A stretch of DNA of 64,000 nt from assembly GCF_006345805.1 (NCBI RefSeq), contig NC_042998.1, positions 868,001 to 932,000 of the forward strand, given 5' to 3'. Numbering within the stretch: position 1 is the first letter of the stretch; each line of letters opens with the position of its first letter. A program made the position numbers and the translations under genes. The notes beneath the pieces were generated by a model. The model did not search any database, was not told the origin of the DNA, and saw nothing but the letters and a program-made list of their open reading frames with translations. This document shows, piece by piece, positions 12,318 through 23,044 of this stretch. This DNA is from Octopus sinensis (taxonomy: Eukaryota).

Positions 12318-13513
12318 TTCCGAAAGAACCAAAATGGATTCAGACATGGGCGCTCAACGCTGAGCCAGATACTATGCCTACGCAGACTTATTGAAGAATC
12401 AAAAGCATTTAATCGCGATCTTGCAATGGTATTTGTAGACTTTTCTAAAGCGTTCGATTCTGTAGATAGGTACAAGATGTTTGAAATCTTTAAGCTCTAT
12501 GGGATACCAGACAAGATCATTTCTGCCATTAAGGTCCTCTACACAGATACGTCTTCAACCATCTTAACCCCTGACGGAGAAACACCATCTTTCTCAATCA
12601 AAGCCGGAATACTGCAGGGAGACACACTCGCCCCATTTCTTTTCCTCATTGTTGTTGATTATGTGCTACGTATGTCAGCTGATACCATCTCTGGCAAGGG
12701 CTTTGAAATAAAACCAAGAAGAAGTTTCAGACACCCAGCTGAGTACTTGACAGACACTGACTTTGCTGACGACATCGCTCTTATCAGTGATTCTCTCTCC
12801 AATGCCCAGTCTCTTTTACAATCTCTTGAACAAGCCTCAAATTGTGTAGGTCTTTACCTCAATGAGGCCAAGACTGAATACATAAACAAGTGCCTGTCCA
12901 ACAGTGATTGCATCATCCACACTCTCAACAATGCGCCTTTAAATATGGTTTCTGATTACAAATATCTTGGGTCATACATATCATCATCTGGAAAAGACTT
13001 TCTAACTAGAAAGGGTATGGCCTGGTCAGCCTGTAATGACATGCATAAGATCTGGTCATCAAATCTAAGTAGAGACTTCAAACTTGAAATATTCAAAGCC
13101 ACAGTCGAACCAATTCTACTATATGGCTCAGAAACCTGGACGTTATCAAAGAAGCTTGAGAGGCGGTTGGATGGAACCTACACTCGCCTCCTTATTAGAG
13201 CTCAAAATCTCTCGTGGAAGCGCCATCCAACCAAAATGCAAATATATGGGAAACTACCACCTGTGACATCTCTTGTGAAAGGTAGGAGAGTCCATTGTTG
13301 TAGAGCTGAAAAAGAGGTAATTTCTACTCTTCTCTTCTGGAAGCCATCTACTCGCAATACCAGAGGGCGCACACTCTCCTACCCTGATGTAATCTCCAAG
13401 GATACAGGCATCCAGCAACAGGAGATCCGTAATGCCATGATAGACCGTGAAGTCAGGCGTAACATGGTAAATTCCATTGTCTCGACCACGGTCGAACAAT
13501 GATGATGATGATG
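12318..13513 (+). mobile_element. RTE-clade LINE, 5'-truncated, RT domain open to its stop codon (13502)
   Basis: QNGFRHGRST, FVDFSKAFDSV, GILQGDTLAPFLF, DFADDIAL, YKYLGS, LLYGSETW, DREVRR; short (TGA)n tail right after the stop. Confidence 0.95.
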
Positions 13514-13528
13514 TATAGAATATAAATA

Positions 13529-13596
<68 letters not shown>

Positions 13597-13711
13597 GAAA
13601 TATTAAAATTACTAAGTCTCTATAAAAGAGATTACGGCAGCGTTCACTGGAAATTAATTGTTATCGCCATATTAATATGGCATTCTTATAGATATAAGAA
13701 TAATCGCTGCC

Positions 13712-13787
<76 letters not shown>

Positions 13788-13789
<2 letters not shown>

Positions 13790-13960
13790 GGAGAATTTAC
13801 AAAAAAAAACAAAAGACGAAGACAGGTGGCGTAGACAACAAATAGATGTATTAGTATTACGTTCGGGAAGTGAAAAAGTCTCTGACGTTTCGAGCCTACG
13901 CTCTTTCAATGAAAGGGACATAGAAAGAAACAAGGAGAGAAAATAAATAATGTGCAGTGG
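13788..13960 (-). repeat. Hammerhead-like repeat family H (PLE pLTR-like), degenerate core
   Basis: Homologous to 29730-29900, 39595-39640 (partial) and 46760-46925; abuts (TA)n; GAGC-GTAG-GCTC-GAAACGTC on the minus strand. Confidence 0.7.
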
Positions 13961-14443
13961 CTAGCGATCTTTCATGATATATATACACACATAGATACAT
14001 GCAAATATATGTATGTATCTATGTCAGCTGTCTATCTACTCCTAGTTTCGAGCACTGAACGACAATATGAGTCTTCGAAGACAGTTGCTCCTATACGTGC
14101 CAAAATAAAATTTGGGACTCATACAAAGTCATTAGACCAAAACGAGAGTAAAAGTAGCGAATGCTGGAGAAACATTTTTTTACAAGAGACAAGATGTAAG
14201 CGAAAGAGAGGATACGTGCTATCCTTACGACAATCGTGAAAGAAAAGAAAGATGATCACGTGAGGAAGAGAAGGATGGACGATGGTCACGTGTGAACAAC
14301 GAGAGAGAGAAACGGAAAAAGAGGGAAAGAGAGACAGACAGAGAGATAGAAAACGGTGAAGGGGAGGAAAAAAGGAATTAGATAAAGGATGAGAGAAAAT
14401 AAAGATAAGCTTACTTTGAAATGGATGCGTTGCTTTCAATCAG

Positions 14444-14495
<52 letters not shown>

Positions 14496-14514
14496 ATATA
14501 TGTATATATATGTT

Positions 14515-14723
14515 CCCTTTTACTCTTCTACTTGTTTTCGTCATTTGACTGCGGCCATACTGGAGTATCTCGTTTAGTCGAACAAATCAACCCCAGGACT
14601 TATTCTTTGTAAGCCTAGTACTTATTCTATCAATCTCTTTTACCGAACCATTAAGTCACAGGGACGTAAACACATCAACATCGGTTGTCAAGCGATGATG
14701 GAGAACAAACATAAATGCATACG

Positions 14724-14771
<48 letters not shown>

Positions 14772-15489
14772 TATATATATATATATATATTATACTATAT
14801 CATACACACACACACACACACACACATATATAAAGGGTAAAGACCCCCTTCGGTCATGAATGACCATGGGATTGCACCTAGAAAGTTACCCTCCTAGACA
14901 CAAGTCCGGGCAAGGTTGTTTTATGGAAGACCAGCAGTCGCCCATGCATACCAGCTTCCTTTCTCCAAGCCACTGATGTTATCCAAGGGAAAGGCAAAGG
15001 TCGATACAGCTTGGCACCAGTGACGTCGCAACTCATTTCTACAGCTGAGTGAACTGGAGCAACGCGAAATAAAGTGCCTTGCTCAAGAACACAACACGCA
15101 GCCCGGTCCGGGATTCGAGCTCACAACCTCATATATATATATATATATATTATATTATACTATATCATACACACACACACACACACACATATATAAAGGG
15201 TAAAGACCCCCTTCGGTCATGAATGACCATGGGATTGCACCTAGAAAGTTACCCTCCTAGACACAAGTCCGGGCAAGGTTGTTTTATGGAAGACCAGCAG
15301 TCGCCCATGCATACCAGCTTCCTTTCTCCAAGCCACTGATGTTATCCAAGGGAAAGGCAAAGGTCGATACAGCTTGGCACCAGTGACGTCGCAACTCATT
15401 TCTACAGCTGAGTGAACTGGAGCAACGTGAATAAAGTGCCTTGCTCAAGAACACAACACGCAGCCCGGTCCGGGATTCGAGCTCACAAC

Positions 15490-15541
<52 letters not shown>

Positions 15542-15680
15542 ACTGGATTTTTTCAGTTTCTGTCTACGAAATCCCCTCACAAGGCTTTGGTCGGCCCGAG
15601 GATATCGCAGAAGACACTTGTCCAAGTTACCATGCAGTGGGACTGAACCTGGAACCGTGTGGTTTGGAAGCAAGCTTCTT
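14515..15680 (-). mobile_element. OR-like SINE split in its (TA)n by a duplicated SINE; its head is cut by ORF1-only copy 2, with the remainder at 18049-18088
   Basis: Tail 14515-14740, CORE/head 15535-15680, head remainder CTTACCACACAACCACTCCTGCGC at 18061. Confidence 0.85.
14833..15493 (-). mobile_element. Two tandem near-identical copies of a third tRNA SINE (period 363 bp)
   Basis: Head GAGGTTGTGAGCTCGAATCCCGG, CTTGAGCAAGGCACTT, CTCCAGTTCACTCAGCTG; units 14833-15130 and 15196-15493. Confidence 0.9.
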
Positions 15681-18048
15681 TATTTTATGAAATTGGCCAT
15701 GAAGGCCGGACATAGAGGAGACAGCACAAGGTGGGGACAAAAAATAAAACGGATAGAAAGAATGAATTAATATAATGAAAGATGAAATGAAACCGTTCCT
15801 CCCCACCTTCGAGCGACTTCATTGAACCAGTTGATACATTTTTTTAAACACTAGTTTATGACACAAATATTAGCGACAGATAATTATCATTCTTATGAAG
15901 GTTGTTTACATTGTGCTTCTTTGAAATATCGTAAACACTTATTTGCTTAGGCATTGAGCTACATCCACTTCTGGGGGGTATATCCTCCACCCTAACCCTG
16001 GAAGCACGTCTCTCAAAATATACAGATAGAAGAACCACTTTATCAGTTCTCAGCGATGTTGCTGAGTGCAGCCTGGCAGGAGCTACCTTCCAAAACCAAG
16101 ACAGAGACATTAATGAGATGAATGATGATGATATAAGGATGGGAGAAGACGAAAAGCGCCCGCCGACTTTCGCTTCTTTAAAACATTGTTCTTTTTTTCT
16201 TTTTTTTTTAAAACACAATGAGGCAATAAACCTCTTACACAGTTCAAAATTAAAAATAAAACACAAACACGAGGCAATAATCCTCTCACTTTTTACATTT
16301 TTAGTCTCTTTTTGAGGTAATACACCTCTTCTATTTTTCCGCCCGGCCAGGCTCCTCGCTTCATCGAAGCACCTGGTCCGTTCCGAACTTAAAGGTTTCA
16401 ACATATATCTGAAGGAGTCCTTCGGGAAGTAGTTCGTTATCCTACACAGATCGTTCTCCCATATGACCTCCGCAGCCACCTGCGAAGGCCACTCAGGGTC
16501 CTCCGTGTAGGACAGAAGCCCCTCCCACCGGCACTTCCTTTCAATCTTTTTGATTTTATTTTGCAAGGTTCCTCCCTTGTGGAAGAGGATCAAAAATTCC
16601 TCCTCCAGCGGCACACCCGCCAAAAGAGAATCGGGACACGTCGGCAGCGTGTCACAACCTGCTGGCAATGTCCCGTTTTTCTTTTTTCTTTTCTCTTTCC
16701 CTTGGGCTGCCGGAAGGTGGTGTTCCCTTGCTGTGTCCAGCAGGTCTTCCTTTTCTCCCGCAGCTCTAGGTTTCTCACCTTTCGCTTTCGGTTTTTCGAG
16801 GAGGTTTGCACCTCCTTGACATCCTCCTCCTTCTCTCCCTCCATTGAGGGAGCGGGGAGTGGTTCCCCTGTTAACTGCTCCAGGATCCTACTTTGGTCCT
16901 TGGGGAAGTTTTTCTTGATGTGGCCGGTCTCCAGGCACAGGTGACACTTGTGGGGGGGGGGCGTCCCTCGAGCATCACCGGATACCTAGACCCGGCCATC
17001 CTCAAAAAATCTGGGAAAACCAGACTTTCGGCTGATTGGGTCCATAGGGTCAACACAGCTTTTGACTCCTCCCAATCAGCCGCAGGCAAAATTTTTACGT
17101 TGAGCAGCTTGGTACTGCTACCACCCAGACCCCGGCGGATAGAGTCCTCTATCCACTCGGGCTCAATTCCGGGTGGCAAGCCGCAAACCCAAGCCCTCAT
17201 TAACTTCTTCCCACAATAACTGGGAAGAAACATTATTTCCTTCCCCTCGAGGGGCCGGCTTTCAAAATCGCAAGCTTCTTTGGGGAAGTCAAATAGCAAC
17301 CAGACCGTTGCAAATTTGACTCCCCGTGAAATAAATTTAATAGCTGGCATGTATTCTGCCAGCTCTTTCAAAATTGTGGCTTTCGGGAAGACGGTTATGG
17401 TATCGAGTGACTTTGAATAAGTCCTCAACACCACCGTCTTCCTTTCGAACTCTTTTAGCCATGATTTGGGAGGTGTTAATTCCCACACTAATATTTCCTT
17501 TGCCATTTTGTTTTAAATAAAAAGTTCAAATACAGTTCGTCAATACGTTTTCAAATAAAGAAAGATACACAAAAAAAGAAAGAAGACACAACAGAAGGGA
17601 AGAAAAAATAAAATTAACAGTTCAAATAAAGTTCTTTCTTTTTTTTTAAATAAATGATAGCTGTGAAAAGAGAGTTCAAATCCAGGCAAAGAAATAAATT
17701 TCCGGCCGAAAGGTGCTCCTGGCCAATCCTTTAAATCCACGTGGGCACAAACATTTTCAAATACAATTTCTCACAATTATGTGAGACAACACACACGTCT
17801 CCACAGCAAGGCAGACAAAAGGCCCCGAATCCAGTAAGGACTCCCTGCCTGTTCAAAAAAATTAAACCAACAGGCAACAAATCCTACCGGACTCACAAAG
17901 CAAAAAGTCTTACCTTACAGTAGAGCGTCTTTCAGTTCAACTTTTGCCAGCTGCATACCAGCGTGACGACTTCAACAGGTGCGTGAAGAATACTGTTTTT
18001 GTTCTTTTTAGGACGGAGCTCAAAGCTACACGTCCTCACTGTTCAACC
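15681..18048 (-). mobile_element. ORF1-only L1/Tx1-like element, copy 2 (full length, TSD-bounded, type A)
   Basis: 15-bp direct repeat GGAAGCAAGCTTCTT at 15666-15680 and 18049-18063; ORF1 from ATG 17506, frameshifted in a G run, knuckle CHLCLETGHIKKNF, YTEDPEWP motif; no ORF2. Confidence 0.88.
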
Positions 18049-18097
18049 GGAAGCAAGCTTCTTACCACACAACCACTCCTGCGCATATAATTACGAG

Positions 18098-18304
18098 CTA
18101 TTTCAATTTCCTACATTTCAGATGCAGTTTAGGCACGAGCAAAACGAGACGGTAGATGCAAAATGTAGAAGGATGAAGTATCAAAAATAGGAACTTCCAT
18201 CTCATCCGTCTCACGAGATTTTCAACTGTCTTGAGAAGCATCCTGAGGCATAGGTTATTCGGTGGTGTAAGCATATTCTTAGTAGAGTAATCCATGTAGT
18301 ACAA
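18098..18304 (-). mobile_element. Penelope-like element, ORF N-terminus fragment
   Basis: MDYSTKNMLTPPNNLCLRMLLKTVENLVRRMRWK resembles the YSxKNIP...VExLVKRMRWK start of Penelope/Neptune-type ORFs. Confidence 0.75.
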
Positions 18305-18562
18305 ATCTAATTTAGTGACTAAATTGGTAGAATCTTTGCACTGTTATTATCAGTTCGAACATGCTTGATGCACGTTCGAACTGTGGAATATGCTACTCAC
18401 TAATGATAACATTGCAACTTTTCTTATCACTGCTTAGTGCTCCTCCATCGTAATTTACTTACGGCGGACCGCCGAATAGCGCTGCCAGTCACCGTACGGT
18501 GAGTGGAACGGCATAAAAGAGGTAATATCTTCAATCAGCTCGTAGCGTCCTCTACCTGGTGT

Positions 18563-18610
18563 CTGTGACCGAAGAGGAGATAACTACTCCGAAATGCTAG
18601 CATCTCACAG
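18563..18610 (+). ncRNA. Type I minimal hammerhead ribozyme, U4C core variant
   Basis: CTGTGA-CCGAAGA-GGAG(ATAACTA)CTCC-GAAA-TGCTAGCA-TC^TCACAG: stem I 6 bp, stem II 4 bp, palindromic stem III. Confidence 0.75.
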
Positions 18611-18953
18611 TCTAGGTAGCTGGCGCTGCGATCTGTTCTAGATGTATACACACCATTTGTCAACAAGCGAGATATATTCTCCGTGACGAACGCAGTGAGT
18701 AGCTAGTTTCCCAGTTCGAACGTGCATCAAGCATATTCGGACTGAACATTGCAATTTTACTTATCACTGCTTAGTGCTCCACCTCCGTAATGGTATAATA
18801 TTTAGTTACTCACCTTAACGTAGCTATCACGCAAAACATGAGTAGATTATGACTTTGCAGTAGAAAACCGCGTGTTGGGGGTATATGGTTTGGTTTTAAG
18901 TGAAGATCAACAAAATTATTCTATCCAGTGAGAGATAAACATTATTTAATGTA

Positions 18954-20206
18954 CGAGGGGCGTTCAATAAGTAATGCCTCTGACCCACTTCCCATAGCAG
19001 TAGAGCAACGACACTTGGCACAGTTATTAGTCTTTTCCTACATAGGAACTACCCAGAGTTATGCATTTCTCCCATCGTTTGATACAGCTCTGGAGACCGT
19101 TTTTGTAGAAGACCCCAGCTTGGTCCTCCAACCACGACGTGACTTCAGAAATCAAGGCTGCATCATCTGGGAAACGCTTTCTTTCAAAATCAACTTCATG
19201 GCTGGGAAGAGGTGAAAATCAGAGGGTGCAAGGGGAGGAGTTCATAGCTGCACGCCTGTGCTTCTGATCTGGCGACACGCGAGTTGTGGACCGAGAGCGT
19301 TGTCCTGCAGGAGGAGGATGCCTTTGCTGATCTTGCCCCGCCTCTTGATTTTGATAGCTTCTCTTAATTTCCTCAAAAGTGAAGCATAATAGGCTCCTGT
19401 AATTGTGGTACCCTTTTCCAGGAAATCTGTCATCACTACTCCGTCCTGGTCCCCAAGACTGTGAGCATAACCTTGTCAGCGGAGGGCTGCACCCTTGCCT
19501 TCTTTGGAGGAGGTGAGTCACGGTACTTCCACTGCATTGACTGGCTTTGGTCTATGGATCATAGTGATGAACCCAGGTTTTATCCGTGTGATCATCTTTT
19601 GAAAAATTTTGACTCATCTTCTTGGCACATCTCCAAATTCATCCTCGAGCACTCAACGCGTTCTTGCTTCTGGAAGGTGTGAGCAACCTGGAAATCCATC
19701 TGGCAGACACCTTTTGCATATGCAAATGGTCATGAATGATAGTTTTCACAGACCCGTACTAATCTTGACCTTATGGGCTATTTGGCGAATAGTTATGCGT
19801 TGACCTTCCAAAATGGCAGCCTCAACTTGACGGACAGACGTCTCATCAACGGCAGAAGGGGGCGACCAGATCTGGGAGCTGTTTCCACAGAGTTCCGACT
19901 ATGTTTGAATTCACAATGCCAGCGTTTTACAAGGTCATATGATGGGGCATCATCACCATAAGTTACTTTCATTTCATCAAAGTCTCCCGTGGTGTGCGTC
20001 CTTTCAAATACAAACCATCACACTGCTCGACACTCAACAGGCTCCATTTCACACTTGACTCAGTTCAAACACTTGTAAATCAGAAACCACAATTAGTTCA
20101 GAGCTGTAATTCGCCACGTAATCTATAGAGATATAAATAAGTGCACATGCAGCTAGATCAAACAACTGCAAGTGGGTCAGGCGCATTACTTATTGAACGC
20201 CCCTCG
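18954..20206 (-). mobile_element. Full-length mariner (irritans-like, DD34D class), transposase disrupted (~20047-19028)
   Basis: 34-bp TIR CGAGGGGCGTTCAATAAGTAATGC..CTGACCCA (2 mismatches), TA on both sides; MEPVECRAV, PRSGRP, LLLQDNA, SDFHLFP, RWEKCI. Confidence 0.95.
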
Positions 20207-20254
20207 TATAGAGTTACGAGCTACTAATAGTTTCGTAGATGGGAGATGTAGTCT

Positions 20255-20380
20255 AGAAAGTTGTACTCTGCTAAGAATATACGTACACCATTGAAAACTT
20301 ATACCTCCGGAAACCACTCGAGAAAGTTGAAGAGCTCGTGAGACGGATGAGATGGGAGACATTTTTTGGCGATTCACTTT
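20255..20380 (+). mobile_element. Second Penelope-like ORF N-terminus fragment
   Basis: YSAKNIRTP / NLYLRKPLEKVEELVRRMRWETFF; CTCGTGAGACGGATGAGATGG shared with the 18098-18304 fragment. Confidence 0.7.
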
Positions 20381-20611
20381 TCCACTTTTGGCATCCACGT
20401 TCTTCTAATATTTTCTCGTGATATTTCTTATTCTAGCATCCTGATTTCAAATTGAATATGTCACGTGCTCAGATTCCGAGGATAACTTGGAGACACAAGG
20501 CAAGTTCTTAAAACTTGCCTAGACTACATCTCCAATGCATGAAGCAATAAGTAGCTCGTAACTGCATACTGTGTACTTTAAATAATTTTAAATAATTTGT
20601 ACCTATATACG

Positions 20612-20900
20612 TGTGGAAGCGCAATGGCCCAGTGGTTAGGGCAGCAGACTCGCGGGTTCGATTCCTAGACCGGGCGTTGTGTGTGTTTATTGAGTGAAAA
20701 TACTTACAAGCTCCATGAGGCTCCGGCAGGCGGTGGTGGCGAACCCTGTTGTACTCTTTCACCACAACTTTCTCTCTTCCTGTTTCTTGAGTAACGCTGC
20801 GATGGACTGGCGTCCAGTCCAGCTGAGGGGAACACATACGCCATAGAAACCGGGAAACCGGGACAATGTGCCTGGCTAGACTTGAAAAGGGCGAAATGAA
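20612..20900 (+). mobile_element. Fourth tRNA SINE family with a CTGCGATGGACTGGCGTCC central motif
   Basis: GGAAGCGCAATGGCCCAGTGGTTAGGGCAGC head, GGTTCGATTCC B box, (GAAT)n end; head also at 39410-39570 (-). Confidence 0.8.
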
Positions 20901-20932
20901 TGAATGACCTACATACGTACACACACACACAC

Positions 20933-21006
<74 letters not shown>

Positions 21007-21009
<3 letters not shown>

Positions 21010-21122
21010 CCTGCTCGCTTAGCCAGCGGGGTGGCGTCATTCGAAGGCTAAAACATGCGAACGCATTGTGACCAGCGATGTGTAACAACATCTGATGGTC
21101 TGGTCGGTCACGTGATCACGTG
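21007..21122. repeat. Repeat X (~115 bp) ending in CACGTGATCACGTG
   Basis: Reverse complement of 39281-39392. Confidence 0.85.
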
Positions 21123-21619
21123 ATATATATATATATATATATACGATATAAATATACGATATGTATATATATATATACTCACCCATTTTGGCCAGAAGTC
21201 ACCCGATAATAAATCAATATTCTATAAATATTATCTGTAATTCAGTATTGACTGGAATGGGAAAATGTGTCGCTCAAGAAGGATTTCAGTTTGAACAGTT
21301 TCCATGATGTTTCATATTTAGATGTTTTTATTAAATTCATTCAATTGTTAAACATAAAAAAATCTTGGAATTAAATGCTTTTGATTTACTGTCGGGTGAC
21401 TTTTGGCCAACTCTGTATATGCGCATGAGTATGAATATAAACAACCATATGGTTTCAGGTTCAGATGGTACTTAGGGCAAGTGTCTTCTATCATCGCCTC
21501 AGACCATTTGGTAGATGGAAACTGTAAGAAGCCTGTCGTATGTACATATATCTGTGTCTACGTATCTTTGTGTTGTCCGGGAGTCCGCTGCTCTAACAAC
21601 TGGGCTATTGTCCATACAC

Positions 21620-21637
21620 ACACACACTATATATATA

Positions 21638-21729
<92 letters not shown>

Positions 21730-21737
21730 GTATGTAT

Positions 21738-21790
<53 letters not shown>

Positions 21791-21800
21791 ATATATATAG
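21620..21800. repeat. (TA)n microsatellite
   Basis: Direct inspection. Confidence 0.95.
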
Positions 21801-23044
21801 TTAAAGAATATTTTCTCTTATTTTTATTTATTCCTATCACGAATTATTCTGCTGTTTTTATTTCGCTTCCTTCTTAAATATTTCTATTCTCGTTTATTTT
21901 TCTTTTACTTTTTAATATTTTGCTCTCTTTCTTCGACGTTTTTCATTCATTGTTTATACTTAATATTTTGTTTATTTTTGTAATATTTTGCACGCTCTGT
22001 CACCTGTCTACTTGTGTAGTCGTTTTCGCTCAGTTTTCTCACTTCTCTCTCTCTCTCTCTCTTCGCTCCCTGTTTGAATACGTAAAATGATATGCATATA
22101 CACACATATACAGACATGCATATATATATATATATGTATGTATATACATACACACACACGTATATGTGTGTGTGTGGAGGAAGGCGTATATATGTGAAAG
22201 TGCGTGTTATTTTATCAGTCAAGTGAGCTGATCATTTAAACTATGTATATTTATGTAGACTGGCGTATTTATGTCCCGTGTCTTTTCTTCCTCACTCCTA
22301 TCAATGGACATTCTTTCTTTAGTTTCTATGAGCCAACAACAATATATGGGCGTGTATAGGTTTACATCATACTATATATATATGTGTGTGTGTGTTTGTA
22401 AATATTAAATGGGTCTTGCCATTGAAGGTTTACTTAAGTGTCTCTCTCTCTCCTGTGCGTTGTTTCAATGAGAAAACCATTTAGTATCGATAGAAATAGA
22501 AACGTAGTGACAAATTTTAAGCGGTATTTGCCACAAACTGCTCCATTGCAGACTGAATGAATAGATTGCAAAGCAATGCTACGTTTCTGGCTATTATATC
22601 TACAGCTCATTAAATTCTAGCTTTAGTTTGAAACTATACATCACATACGACCACTTTAAACTATGCTGATTCTATTCAAAATATCTATTTCGAGCCAAAC
22701 GATAAGAAACCATACGTGACTAAATTAAAGATGATCTGAGAAATATCTCACATAAGTTACTTTGATTGATAATGTAGTTACATAAATCATTTTTACAATT
22801 TACAAACGGTCATAAAGTTCGACCTTTCACTTTTATTTCCCTACAGTGGACGGCAATAAATTTTCTCTCGGTAAAAAGTAACACCCCAGAGATTCTTGAG
22901 TGTGTTGCCAAGAAGTGTAAAATCGAAGTCTATAGAATTAAGCTGCACTTTTTCAGGGACATGAATAAATGCCTGTTGTGGAATATGAACTCTGAGCCGT
23001 ACAGATAAATATAAGAAAATGGAATGAATTATTCATTTAAAATC

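Noticed and set aside
15856-16668. 270-aa ORF as a separate gene or ORF2
   Set aside because: It is a chance fusion of the frameshifted ORF1 C-terminus, A-rich UTR, tail and a type-B ORF1 fragment, with no endonuclease or RT motifs.
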